In this document: in pieces, positions 22,401 through 34,000 of the stretch
Layout of the letters: every line of letters starts with the position of its first letter
Numbering within the stretch: the stretch's first letter is position 1
From: Centroscyllium fabricii
Taxonomy: Eukaryota
Direction: 5' to 3'
Length of the DNA stretch: 64,000 nucleotides
Assembly (NCBI GenBank): GCA_051313645.2
Contig: JBNRSN020000013.1
Span: 74,958,001-75,022,000, forward strand
The notes under the pieces: model-generated
Database searches by the model: none
What the model was told of the DNA's origin: nothing
Seen by the model: only the letters and a program-made list of their open reading frames with translations
Translations under genes and position numbers: made by a program

Positions 22401-23602
22401 CAAGATGGCGGCGCCCGTGGTTCGCACATGGCCGGCCTCTGGGGACAAAATGGCGGCGCCGGAGAGTCGCACATGGCTGGTCGCTGAAGACAAGATGGCG
22501 GCGCCGGGGGGTCGCACATGGCGGGCCGCTGCGGACAAGATGGCGGCGCCCGTGGTTCGCACGCGGCGGGCCGCTGTAGACGCAGTGGCGGTGCCCGTGG
22601 TTCGCACGCAGCGGGCCGCGGTGGCTGGGTTGGCGGTGCCCGTGATTCGCACGCAGCGAGCCGCGCTGGGCGGGATGCTGGCGTTGGTGGGTCGCGCATG
22701 GCCGGCCGTGGCTGAGTTTGGCGTGCCGTGGGTGCAGCCAGCCTCTGCCACCTCAGTGTGGGAGACGGGGGCGCTTGTACTCTACCCCCGGACCGTCGTT
22801 TGCTCGCGCTGCAGTTGCAGCTTACCTGAGAGCTTTCGCAGGCCGCGCTGTTGTACCTGGAGCTGGACGCCGGGGCTGATCTGCAGGCCTTGGCATAGTG
22901 TCCTTTCTTGGAGCACCTCTCGCAGGTCACGGTCTTCGCTGGGCATTTCGCCCGTGGGTGTATTCCCTGGCCGCAGAAGTAGCATCTTTTCTCCGCCGGC
23001 GGTTTCGCAGCTGCCGCTGCCATCGTAGGGGTCTCGACCCGTTGTGGGGCTGCCCACGCGTCGTAAGCTTGTGGGTTTGGGCCGCTGTACGCCTGCAGTT
23101 TGCGGCGTGCGCCCTCCACAGAATTGGAGATAGAGATCGTCTCCTCCAAGGTTAAAGAGTCTTTTTCCAGCAGCCGCTGGCGGGCCTCTGCGGACCTGAG
23201 TCCCGTTACATAGGCGTCCCGGACGAGGAGGTTCGCCTCCTCTTCTGCCGTCCGTGGTTGGCAGCCACAGACCCGGACTAGGGCTTGGAGCGCCTGCTCG
23301 AACTGCTCATTTGACTCATTCGGTAGTTGTGGTCTGGTCGCGAGCACGTGTCTGGCGTAGACTGAGTGGACCGGGCGCTCGTAGCATCTCTTCAGTTTAG
23401 CCACCGCATCGGGGTACGTTTTGGCGTCACGGATGAAAGAGAATACCCGGCTGGAGATTCTGGATCGGAGAACCTGTAGCTTGTTCCCCTCGGTTGTAGC
23501 CTTGGCGACGTCCATGCAGGCCTCCAGGAGGCCGAACCAGTGTTTGAAGGTGTTGGCGGAGGCTGGGTCCTGTGGACTAATGTCCAGCTTTTCGGGTTTC
23601 AC
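19411..23602 (-). pseudogene. gag-pol: gag-pol of G2, frameshifted and with internal stop
   Basis: Two zinc-knuckle-like motifs (CYFCGQGIHPRAKC, CERCSKKGHYAKAC), LFDTGS protease, YLDN RT, ESDAS RNase H and integrase, split over ORFs 21554-23602, 20441-21484, 20241-20627 and 19411-20244. Confidence 0.92.
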
Positions 23603-23649
23603 AGCGCCGCTCTCCCTTTCAAATTTTTAAGCTAATAAAATTGACGTAT

Positions 23650-26600
23650 TGTGGCGGCACACCCGCTGGGATATCGAATCCGCCAACGGGGCTCCGCGGA
23701 GCACAGCCCGCTCATCCGGGTGATGCGACTACGTCACCACGTCGGCGGACGTGATGACGTCACCAACGGCGGGACGGTTTGAATATGCTTGTACTCAGTA
23801 GTTCTGCCTCTTCCTTGTTTAACTCTGTTCAGTAAAGACGTGTTTTCCATTAGCTCTGGCTCTGTGTAGTTTCTAAAGGCCTGCGGCACAACAGTGGTGA
23901 CCTCGATAACTGGAACGAATTCCAGTAAAGAAAAAAAGCTGCCACAGGATTGGGGAACTCCAGCCAAGGATTTTTTTTTACGAAAACATGCCCAACACAA
24001 GGAACCAAGCTCCACGATCACAAGGAGCTGGACAGAGCACCGGGCGCGGACTTGTTTTGCCCGAGTTCTGGGAGCAACGGCCAGCGGCCTGGTTTAGCTG
24101 CATAGAAGCCAGCTGCTGTTCACATGGCATCAACGGGGACGACCGCTACGACTTGGTGTTCACAGCCCTTCCACAAACGACCATCGATAGGATGTGGTCA
24201 AAGATCCAGCGCGTGCCCTCTGCAGGCAGGTATGAAACGCTTAAGGCCGCGCTAATTAAGAAGTTTACCCCTTCCCAGTTTGAGCGCGACTGCCAGCTCC
24301 TCGACCTCCCCGAACTCGGGGATGCAGACCCATCGGACCTCCTAGGTCAGATGCAGGCGCTCACTCCCAATCCTGCCACCCTATTTCGCACAGTCTTCCT
24401 CCTCAAATTGCCCCGCGCCATCAGACCGGCCTTGGCGGCCCTAGCCCATCGCAGCGACGATGAACTCGGCGAGGAAGCCGACAGGCTGATGGCAGCGCAG
24501 CGCACCAGCTCCACCATGTGCGTCCCTAACTCGGCATCGGTAGAGCGCAGCTATTCACCCCCCAGGCACAAATTTACGCCTGAACCTAGGGCCCCGCGCC
24601 CGCGCAACTATTCACCCCCCAGGCACAATTTTACGCCCGAACCTAGGGCCCCGCACCCGCCTAGACAACCGCGTCCCTCTAGCACCGGCTGGTGCTACTA
24701 TCACACGCGGTTTGAGCACAAAGCGCACCGCTGCGTACAGCCATGCGCGTTTAAACCCAGACCCAACTCAGCCTCCACCATGTCTGTAGGCCACACAGGA
24801 GCACTGCTCTTCGCCACAGACAGCGGTACCGGCCTCAGGTTTCTCTGCGACACAGGCGCGCAGCACAGCATCGTGCCAGCCTCCCCTGCAGAAACCAAAC
24901 GAGGCACCCGGGGCCCGCCACTAGCGGCAGCCAACGGGTCCAATATAAAAACGTACGGCACCCGCAAGCTTACTATAACCCTTGCAAGCCACACGTACAC
25001 CTGGGAGTTTGTAATGGCCCAGGTCACCTCTCCCCTCCTCGGGGCAGACTTCCTCTGCGCCAACGGCCTACTGGTCGATGTAACTCGGCGCCGCCTGGTG
25101 AATTTAAACACCATGACGACCATCCCATGTTCCACAGGGCCTGCACTCCTGGCCCACGCGGCAGCCCAATGCCGCTCCAGGGACCCCGATGCCTACGGCA
25201 CGCTCCTGGCGGAATTCCCTGCCCTTACCAACCCTACGTTCACCGCCCGCAAGGCCAAACACGGGGTGGAACACTTTATAACGACCACAGGTCCTCCTGT
25301 CCATGCACACGCCCGTAGGCTCGACCCAGCCAAGCTGGAGATCGCAATCACCGAGTTCCGCACTATGGAACAACTCGGTATAATCCGCCGCTCCAGCAGC
25401 CCCTGGTCCTCTCCGCTCCACATAGCCCCCAAGCCCGACGGAGGTTGGCGCCCCTGCGGCGACTACCGCCGCCTCAACAACGCCACCACCCCGGATAGGT
25501 ACCCCGTACCCCACATCCAGGATTTTTCCGCCAGATTGGCAGGGCGCACGATCTTTTCTAAGATTGACCTGGTGCGTGGCTACCACCAGGTGCCCGTACA
25601 CCCGGCGGACATTCCCAAAACGGCCGTAATTACCCCCTTCGGACACTTCGAGTTTCTGAGGATGCCCTTCGGCCTTAAAAATGCGGCCCAGGCCTTCCAG
25701 CGCCTCATGGACTCAGTCCTACGGGACTTGAAGTTCATTTTCGTCTATTTAGACGACATTCTCGTGGCCAGCACCTCCCCCCAGGAACACCTCCTGCACC
25801 TCAGGACCCTGTTCCAGCGCCTCACCGAACACGGCCTTATCCTAAGCCCCATCAAATGCAAATTTGGCCTCGAGACCATCGACTTCCTCGGCCACCGCAT
25901 TTCCCAAGCAGGGGCCATACCCCTGCCCTCTAAGGCACAGGCGGTACAATAATTCCCCCGCCCGCACTCTATTAAGGGGCTGCAGGAATTCTTAGGCATG
26001 GTTAATTTTTATAACCGCTTCATCCCGGGAGCAGCCGCTCTCATGGCCCCCTTATACCAGGCCACCCGCGGGCAGTCCAACAAGGCTGCGGTCGAGTGGA
26101 CGGCCGACGCCGCCACCGCCTTCACCGCAACTAAAACCGCCCTGGCAAACGCCACCCTCCTAGCCCACCCTAGGCCCAACGCCAGAGTAGCCCTTACCAC
26201 CGACGCCTCCGACTACGCGGTCGGGGCCGTTTTTGAGCAGTGGACCGGCAACGCGTGGCAACCCCTGGCCTTTTTCAGCCGGCAACTCCGGCCCCCAGAG
26301 GTAAAATACAGCGCCTTTGATAGGGAGCTACTGGCTCTCCATCTGGCGGTGCGACATTTTCGTTTCCTCCTGGAGGGCCGACACTTTACAGCCTTCACCG
26401 ACCACAAGCCACTCACGTTTGCGATGGCTAAGGCCGCTGAACCCTGGTCGGCCAGGCAGCAGCGCCAAATCACGGCCGTTTCGGAATTTGCAACCGACAT
26501 TCAACACATTTCCGGCCGCGACAACGTGGTCGCTGACTGCCTTTCACGCCCCACCATCAACGCCGCCCAAATGGCAGTTGATTACGCCCAACTGGCCGCG

Positions 26601-28159
26601 GACCAGCTGGCCGACCCCGACCTACTCAACGCGGCCACTAAACTTCCTGGCCTACGCTTGGCCAATGTCGCGCATGGCCCCGCTGCCACCGTCGTTTGCT
26701 GCGACGTTTCGTTATCGCAACCCAGGCCCGTCGTACCCCTCGCTTGGAGGGAACGGATCTTTACGACCCTCCATGACCTGTCCCACCCCGGCGTCCGCGC
26801 GTCCACTAAACTCATATCGGCCCGGTTTGTATGGCGCGGCCTGCGCAAAGACGTCCGCGCCTGGGCCACCTCCTGCATAGCCTGCCAGCGCTCCAAAGTG
26901 CACAAGCACATCAGGGCACCGCTGGAAAATTTTAAGGTACCGGCCAGACGCTTTGACCACGTCCATATTGACCTCGTCGGGCCACTACCAGCATCTTGCG
27001 GCCACACGCACCTACTGACCATGGTCGACCGCAACACTCGCTGGCCTGAAGCAGTTCCCCTCACTGCCACCAACACCACGGACCTGGCCAGGGCGTTCAT
27101 CGCCACATGGGTCGCCCGATTCGGCGTGCCCACAGACATCACCTCCAACAGAGGACCCCAGTTTACATCGACACTATGGGCGGCCATCGCCCGCGACCTT
27201 GGGGTGACACTACACAGGACCACCGCATACCATCCACAGGCGAACGGCCTATGCGAACGGTTCCACCGCTCAATGAAGGCATCACTTCGGGCCACGCTGA
27301 AAGACGCTTCATGGACCGACCGCCTTCCATGGGTCCTCCTCGGGCTGCGCTCGGCAGTCAAAGAGGACCTCAACGCCTCAGCAGCAGAGCTCGTCTACGG
27401 CCAGGCTTTAACGGTACCGGGCGAATTTCTGGCTGAGGCCAACGCCCCCTGGTCAGCAGACCAGTATTTAAAGGACTGGGCAAACCCGGCACGAGCTTTT
27501 CAACCACTACCAGTGGCCCGGCATGGAGAGCCGGCAGCTCGGGTGCCAGAAGACATCAAAAACGCCAAATGGGTGTTCATCCGGCGAGACGGGCACCGAG
27601 CCACTTTACAGCCACCTTACGATGGCCCATATAGAGTGCTTCGGGCGGGAGATAAGACTTTTGAATTACAAATGGGCAAAAGGACTGAAACGGTAACAAT
27701 AGACCGGCTCAAGCCGACACATGTGACAGCGGGCGAGACCACGGTCCCCGCACAACCACCGCAACGCGGTCGCCCTCCCGCACCAAAACCCGCCCACACT
27801 CCAACGCAGAACCAGAAGCAGCTAGCAACACAGTCCGGCCGCATCATCCGACCGCCCCAACGGCACACATAAACATTTTGCACTATTACTCCCGGACGGA
27901 TTCTGGGGGGAGCTGTGTGGCGGCACACCCGCTGGGATATCGAATCGGCCAACGGGGCTCCGCGGAGCACAGCCCGCTCATCCGGGTGATGCGACTACGT
28001 CACCACGTCGGCGGACGTGATGACGTCACCAACGGCGGGACGGTTTGAATATGCTTGTACTCAGTAGTTCTGCCTCTTCCTTGTTTAACTCTGTTCAGTA
28101 AAGACGTGTTTTCTCTTAGCTCTGGCTCTGTGTAGTTTCTAAAGGCCTGCGGCACAACA
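23650..28159 (+). mobile_element. CsRn1-like Gypsy element C1, inserted in the 5' LTR of G2
   Basis: 244-bp LTRs 23650-23893 and 27916-28159 (3 mismatches seen), 4-bp TSD GTAT, tRNA-Trp-like PBS TGGTGACCTCGA, PPT GGGGGGAG. Confidence 0.96.
23988..27872 (+). pseudogene. gag-pol: gag-pol of C1 with one in-frame TAA at 25950-25952
   Basis: LPEFW...PAAWF gag start, CHCC motif CYYH...C...C, LCDTGA, YLDD, HHCC/DDE integrase with GPY. The two ORFs are in the same frame. Confidence 0.93.
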
Positions 28160-31062
28160 GTATCGTCAATAATCTAATAAAACTAAAGATGAGTAGTTAC
28201 CTTAACTCAAGGCTTTTATTAGCTTACAATGGAGCTACGCTCCGATCGAACATCAGGTACAGAATGAATGGGGGCCGGTCAGTCCCCACCTATAAGGCAC
28301 TCACCTGAGGGGAGGAGTTAGAGGTGTGGCTGACCTGGCCCCACGACAGTGTCGCAACACAGGACCGTTGCATCATGCACCCGACCGCTACACATACAGA
28401 TAATATTGGATACAATATTATTGTGGTAATTACTGTATATACAACGGTTACCACACCCTTAATTGGCCTGTTAAGCCCGGGCGGGCAGGCTTAACAAGGT
28501 CATGTGGTAACCGTCTTATATCTATATTACCACTGTATCACCATGGCTAATGATGGGCTGTGCAGATGTTAGGCACAGCCCGGTTTACTGTGACACTGTT
28601 GGGAGCCAGGTCAGCCACACCCCCGACTCCTCCCCCAGGTGAGGCCCCGATATAAGTGTGGTCTGACCGAGGCTCCATCCATTCCTGTATAGTAGTTCGT
28701 AAGGAGAGTAGCTCCGTTCTTTAGTAATTAAAAGCCTTTAGTTTCGGTAACTACGCGTCGACTCTTTTAATTGAAGACCTTGACGATACGTCAATTTTAA
28801 TTACTAAACTATTTTAAAATGGATAGCTACAACGTTAAGCCGGAGAAGCTGGACATCAGCCCCCAGGACCCTGCTGCTCCCACTACCTTCGAACACTGGT
28901 TCGGCCTGCTGGAGGCCTTCATGGAAGCCGGCGAGGCTACAACAGACAGGGACATGCTACATGTCCTGCGATCTAGGATCTCCAGCAGAGTATTCACCCT
29001 CGTCAGGAACGCCACCACCTACGAAGCGACTGTAAAGATTTTAAAGAAATGCTACGTGCGCCCGGTCCATTCGGTCTACGCCCGACATGTGCTGGCGACT
29101 AGACCTCAACTACCGGGTGAGTCGAATGAAGAGTTTGAGCAAGCGCTCCTAGCCCTGGTACGGGCCTGTGGCTGCAAAGGCACAACTATTGCAGAGGAGG
29201 AAGAACTCCTCGTTCGGGACGCTTATGTCACAGGACTAAGGTGTGTGGAAGCCCGCCAGCGGCTACTAGAGAGAGACAATCTAACCCTCGAGGAGGCAAC
29301 CACGTTAGCCAAATCGGTTGAGGGGGCCCGCAGAAAGTTACAGGTGTACAGCGGCACTAACCCGCAAGCCTACAACATATGGGCCGTGCCGCAACAGGCC
29401 CAGGCCTGGGTGCCACGGGCCGAGACCCCCACGATGGCCGCGACGGCCACTGAAGATGTTAAAAGAAAGCGCTGTTACTTCTGCGGCCAGGGACTGCATC
29501 CTCGAGCGAAATGCCCAGCCAGGACAGCGACCTGCGAGAAATGCGCAAAGAAGGGACACTACGCTAAGGTCTGCAAATCGGCTCCAGCAGCATCTCCAGC
29601 AGCGTCTCCAGCAGCGTTTAACAAAAGGTACAACAGTGCAGCCTGTGAGAGCACCGACAGAGACCAGGTAAGCTGCATTAGCAGCGCGATCCAGCGACGG
29701 TACGGGGGTAAACGACAAGCGCCCCCATCCCCCACCCCGATGCAGCAAAGACCGGCCAAGCGCGACCCCCCAACGCGGCCGGCTGCGTGCGAATCACGGG
29801 CACCGCCAACCCGACCACCGCGGTTCGCTGCGTGCGAATCACGGGCACCGCCAACCCGACCACCGCGGTTCGCTGCGTGCGAATCACGGGTGCCGCCAGC
29901 GCGTTCACAGGGCCCCCCAGAAACGCCATTTCGCAACCAAGGCCCCTCCATGTGCGAGCCAGGGACGGCGCCATCTTGTATATGGGGCCCCACCAGCTGC
30001 GGGCCAGGGGCGACGCCATCTTGTATCCAGGGCCCCTCCATGTGCGAGCCAGGGGCGGCGCCATCTTGTATACGGGGCCCCACCAGCTGCGGGCCAGGGG
30101 CGACGCCATCTTGTATCCAGGGCCCCTCCATGTGCGAGCCAGGGGCGACGCCATCTTGTGCACAGTCCCGATCAGCAGGGGCTGCTGCAGCCAGAACCAG
30201 AGTTAGTCAAGGCAGGCCCCATAACCTGTCTAACTCAATAATACCGATTGGCGTTTTATTCACCCCGATACAGTGCGGCGCTGTGGACTGCAGGTCCTAC
30301 CCACCAACTACCAAGTCTCACTAGCTTCGCAGTCCCACACCGCGGACATCACCGGCTACTGCTCCGTCATGCTCACCGTCCAGGGGCGCGTGTACCGTAA
30401 TTTTAAATTGTATACCCTCCAACAGTTGTGTGCCCCAGCCTTACTAGGTTTGGATTTCCAGTGCCACTTCAGGAGTGTGACAATGGAGTTCGGCGGGACC
30501 TTACCCCCCCTCACCCTCAGTAGCCGGGACAATCTCCCCCCAAAGCGGACCCCGGCCTGCGGCCTCTCCACTCTGAAAATCGCCCCCCCCTCGCTGTTCG
30601 CCAACCTCGATCCAAAGTGCAAACCCATTGCTACTAAGAGTCGGCGGTACAGTGAGGGGGATCGCACGTTTATCAGGTCGGGCGGATGCTGAAGGAGGGG
30701 ATAATTGAAGCCAGCACCAGCCCCTGGTGCGCCCAAGTTGTAGTGGTGAAGTCTGGCGAGAAACAGCGGCTGGTTATCGATTACAGCCAGACTATCAACC
30801 GCTACACCGGGCTCGACGCCTACCCCCTTCCCCGCATCTCAGAAATGGTCAACCAGATCGCCCAGTACAAGGTGTTCTCTACGATCGACCTTAAATCGGC
30901 GTATCACCAGCTCCCGATTCGGAAAGCCGACTGCCCCTACACCGCCTTCGAGGCGAACGGTCGGCTCTACCACTTCCTCCGGGTCCCCTTTGGCGTGACC
31001 AACGGAGTGTCAGTGTTCCAACGGGAGATGGACCGTATGGTCGACCAAAATGACTTGCAGGC

Positions 31063-34000
31063 TGTGATAATACAGAACAGCTTCTATCTGCTTACATCAC
31101 TTCCGGGGACCTATAAACTTTTGTATGATGTCACTTCCTGTAACTAGCCCAGTATAAATACTGGGCTACTCACTATGATTTAGTAAGAGGCATAGTGAAG
31201 ACCTCTTTTGTATGTAGCACCTTTATAAGTTGATTAAAGCTTACCTTAAGTTCCTATCGTGTAAGTTTCATTCTTACAACAATTTAATCAACTTTGCAAA
31301 ACCTCTCACTCAACTCGAACTTTTGGACAAAACTTGGAGCTGAGGATCCAGGGAAGCCACCAGCATGGAGAACCTCCTTAGACCGACTTGTCTCGATTTG
31401 GACCCAAACACCCCAGCAGCGGATAAAGTCTGGAAACACTGGTATCACGCTTTTGAAAATTTTCTTGTATATTGTGAAGCTGATGATGACATGAAGCTCA
31501 AGTTACTAATCAACTATGTCACCCCAAGGGTATATGAATGTGTGGATCATTGGACTAATTTTGATGAGGCAATTCGGACACTTCAGAGACTATATACTAA
31601 GACACCTAATGAGGTCTATGCTAGACATCTACTAGCTACAGCCCGACAAGGGCCAGAGGTATCAATTGATAAATTCCTTCATGAGCTTCACAGGCTTAGC
31701 ATGAATTGTAACTTTCAGGCGGCTTCAGCTGAGCTGTACCGTGAAGAAATGATTCGTGATGCCTTCATCTGCGGGCTTGCCTCCCCATTTATTCGCCAGC
31801 GTCTACTCGAAAGTAAGACACTGGAACTACAAAAAGCTTATGACTTGGCTTGTTCTCTGGATTTGGCAAAAAGAAATGCAGACCTTTATGAAGTACCTAG
31901 ACCTCGAACTGCTGCTTTAACCACAACCAGACAATTTAAGCGGCCACAGGTGAACTCTATTAGGGAGGACTGTTATCCTGATGATCAATCTAAGGACTTC
32001 ACTGATGAAGAAGATAATGACCCCACTCTGGCAGCCTCTTGGTGATCTAAGAAATGCTTCTTTTGTGGTGATGAGTTTCATCCTAGGAAATTCTGCCCTG
32101 CTCGCAATGCGATTTGCAGTCATTGTGACAAAAAGGGTCATTTTGCAAAGGTTTGCTTATCACGAGCCTCTATGAGGGCTTATCAAGCTCAGTCCTATCG
32201 AACTGCCCCAATTAGGGCCTATCAAGATATTCCGGCTAAATCTTATCATGCTTCCTCTCGGGGTTTTTCCCGAAGAAGCACACCTAGAGTTTCTGCCACT
32301 CTTTGTGCAACAACATCAATTACAGCTGCTTGTCCTCCAAATCTATTCTATGCTGCTGTGAAGGCATCAATTGCTGGACATACTTTAGATGCCTTAATTG
32401 ACTCTGGCAGCTCTGATAGTTTTATTAGGGAACAGGTTGTTACAAAGTTAAAGCTACATGTTTTCCCATCCAACCAGGCAATTGCGATGGCTCAGTCGTC
32501 GCTCAACACCAGAACCTCCGGCTTTTGTATTGTTGAAATATCACTTAATGGCCACAGGTATCCCTCTACCCGGCTTTCGGTGCTCAAGGACCTGTGTAGT
32601 GACCTTCTCTTAGGGCTGGACTTCCAAAAGCAGCATAAGACGCTCACTATTGAGTTCGGCGGATCCAAACCCGGACTCACTGTTTCTAATATCCTGCCTC
32701 AATTACCGTTCTGTGCATTGTCAGCGGCTTCGCTGGATGAACCCTCACTATTTACCAGTATTCCTCCTCGATGCAAGCCAATTATAACAAAATCACGACG
32801 TTTCACTCAGGAAGACCAGTCCTTTATTGCGACTGAAATTTCTCGGCTTTTGGCAGAGGATATCATCGAGCCTTGTTCATCGTCATGGCGGGCCCAAGTT
32901 GTTATTGTTAAAAATCCTCTGCAGCCTCACAAGAAACGGCTGTGCATTGACTATTCACAGACCATCAATCAATATACGGACTTGGACGCCTACCCATTGC
33001 CGCGCATAGATGATATGGTTAATAAATTGGCTGAGTACACGGTGTTCTCAACGTATGATCTGAAAAGCGCCTATCATCAAGTACCTTTGAAAGTCTCAGA
33101 CAAGCAGTATACGGCCTTTGAGGCCAATGGACGGCTGTACCAGTTCCGTCGCCTCCCGTTTGGGGTCACTAATGGAGTGGCTGTCTTCCAGCGGGCAATG
33201 GATGACTTCGTCAAGCAGGAAAACTTAAAGGATACTTTTCCTTATCTAGATAATATTACTGTTGCAGGTCGTGATCAACAGGAACACGACGCCAATCTCC
33301 AACGATTTCAGGATGCACTCCAGCACCGTAATTTAACATTGAATGCGTCTAAATCTATTGAGTCACAACCAACCATCAACATCCTTGGCTATTGTGTGGG
33401 CAATGGCATAATTAAACCGGACCCTGAAAGGCTTCGTCCGCTCCAAGAGCTCCCGCCACCTAAGAATCCAGCCTCCTTGCGTCGGGCCCTCGGCCTCTTT
33501 GCATATTATGCTAAATGGATTCCTAACTTCTCGGACAGAATCCAACCCCTACTGAAGGCCAGAACATTTCCATTAGACACAGCGGCTGTTACAGCCTTTA
33601 ATCTTCTAAAACAACTGTTGGAGAAAGCGGCCCTTCACTCTATTGATGAGAATCTGCCCTTCGTCGTTGAATGTGATGCCTCAGAAGTGGCGATCTCGGC
33701 TACTCTGAATCAGGAAGGTCGTCCGGTGGCATTTTTATCCAGGACCTTTCAAGGTGCCGAAATACATTATCCTCCAGTGGAGAAAGAAGCTACAGCCATT
33801 ATCGAGGCAGTACGGAAATGGAACCATTTTCTAGCTCGGCAACACTTTACGTTAATAACAGACCAGCGATCGGTCGCTTTTATGCTTGATAATCGGAAAC
33901 GAACCAAAATTAAAAATAATAAGATCCAGCTTTGGCGGATGGAGTTGGCCTCTTTCGGTTACACCATCCACTACCGACCTGGCAAGGACAGTGTGGCCCC

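Larger units (their letters stand above)
19092..28455 (-). mobile_element. Gypsy LTR retrotransposon G2 (tRNA-PBS-less clade), full length
   Basis: 3' LTR 19092-19391; 5' LTR split into 23642-23649 and 28164-28455; TSD CCCTT; PPT TTTTTAAAGAAGGGGTGAA; 2 LTR mismatches seen. Confidence 0.96.

Noticed and set aside
24545-24660. Short tandem duplication in C1 gag as a separate element
   Set aside because: Ordinary in-frame linker duplication ([14 protein letters not shown] twice).
25950-25952. Readthrough TAA in C1 pol
   Set aside because: It lies at the end of RT, and C2 has a sense codon at the equivalent position, so it is a simple nonsense mutation.
26582-27373. Antisense gene in C1, and similar antisense ORFs across pol genes
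   Set aside because: Expected shadow ORFs of GC-rich coding sequence with no recognisable motifs.
23650-28159. Age paradox: inner C1 LTRs more diverged than host G2 LTRs
   Set aside because: 3/244 versus 2/300 mismatches is within sampling noise.
32043-32045. Programmed stop readthrough between G4 gag and pol
   Set aside because: The stop precedes the zinc knuckles, relatives have no stop here, and TGG-TGA is easily explained by CpG decay of CGG-CGA.
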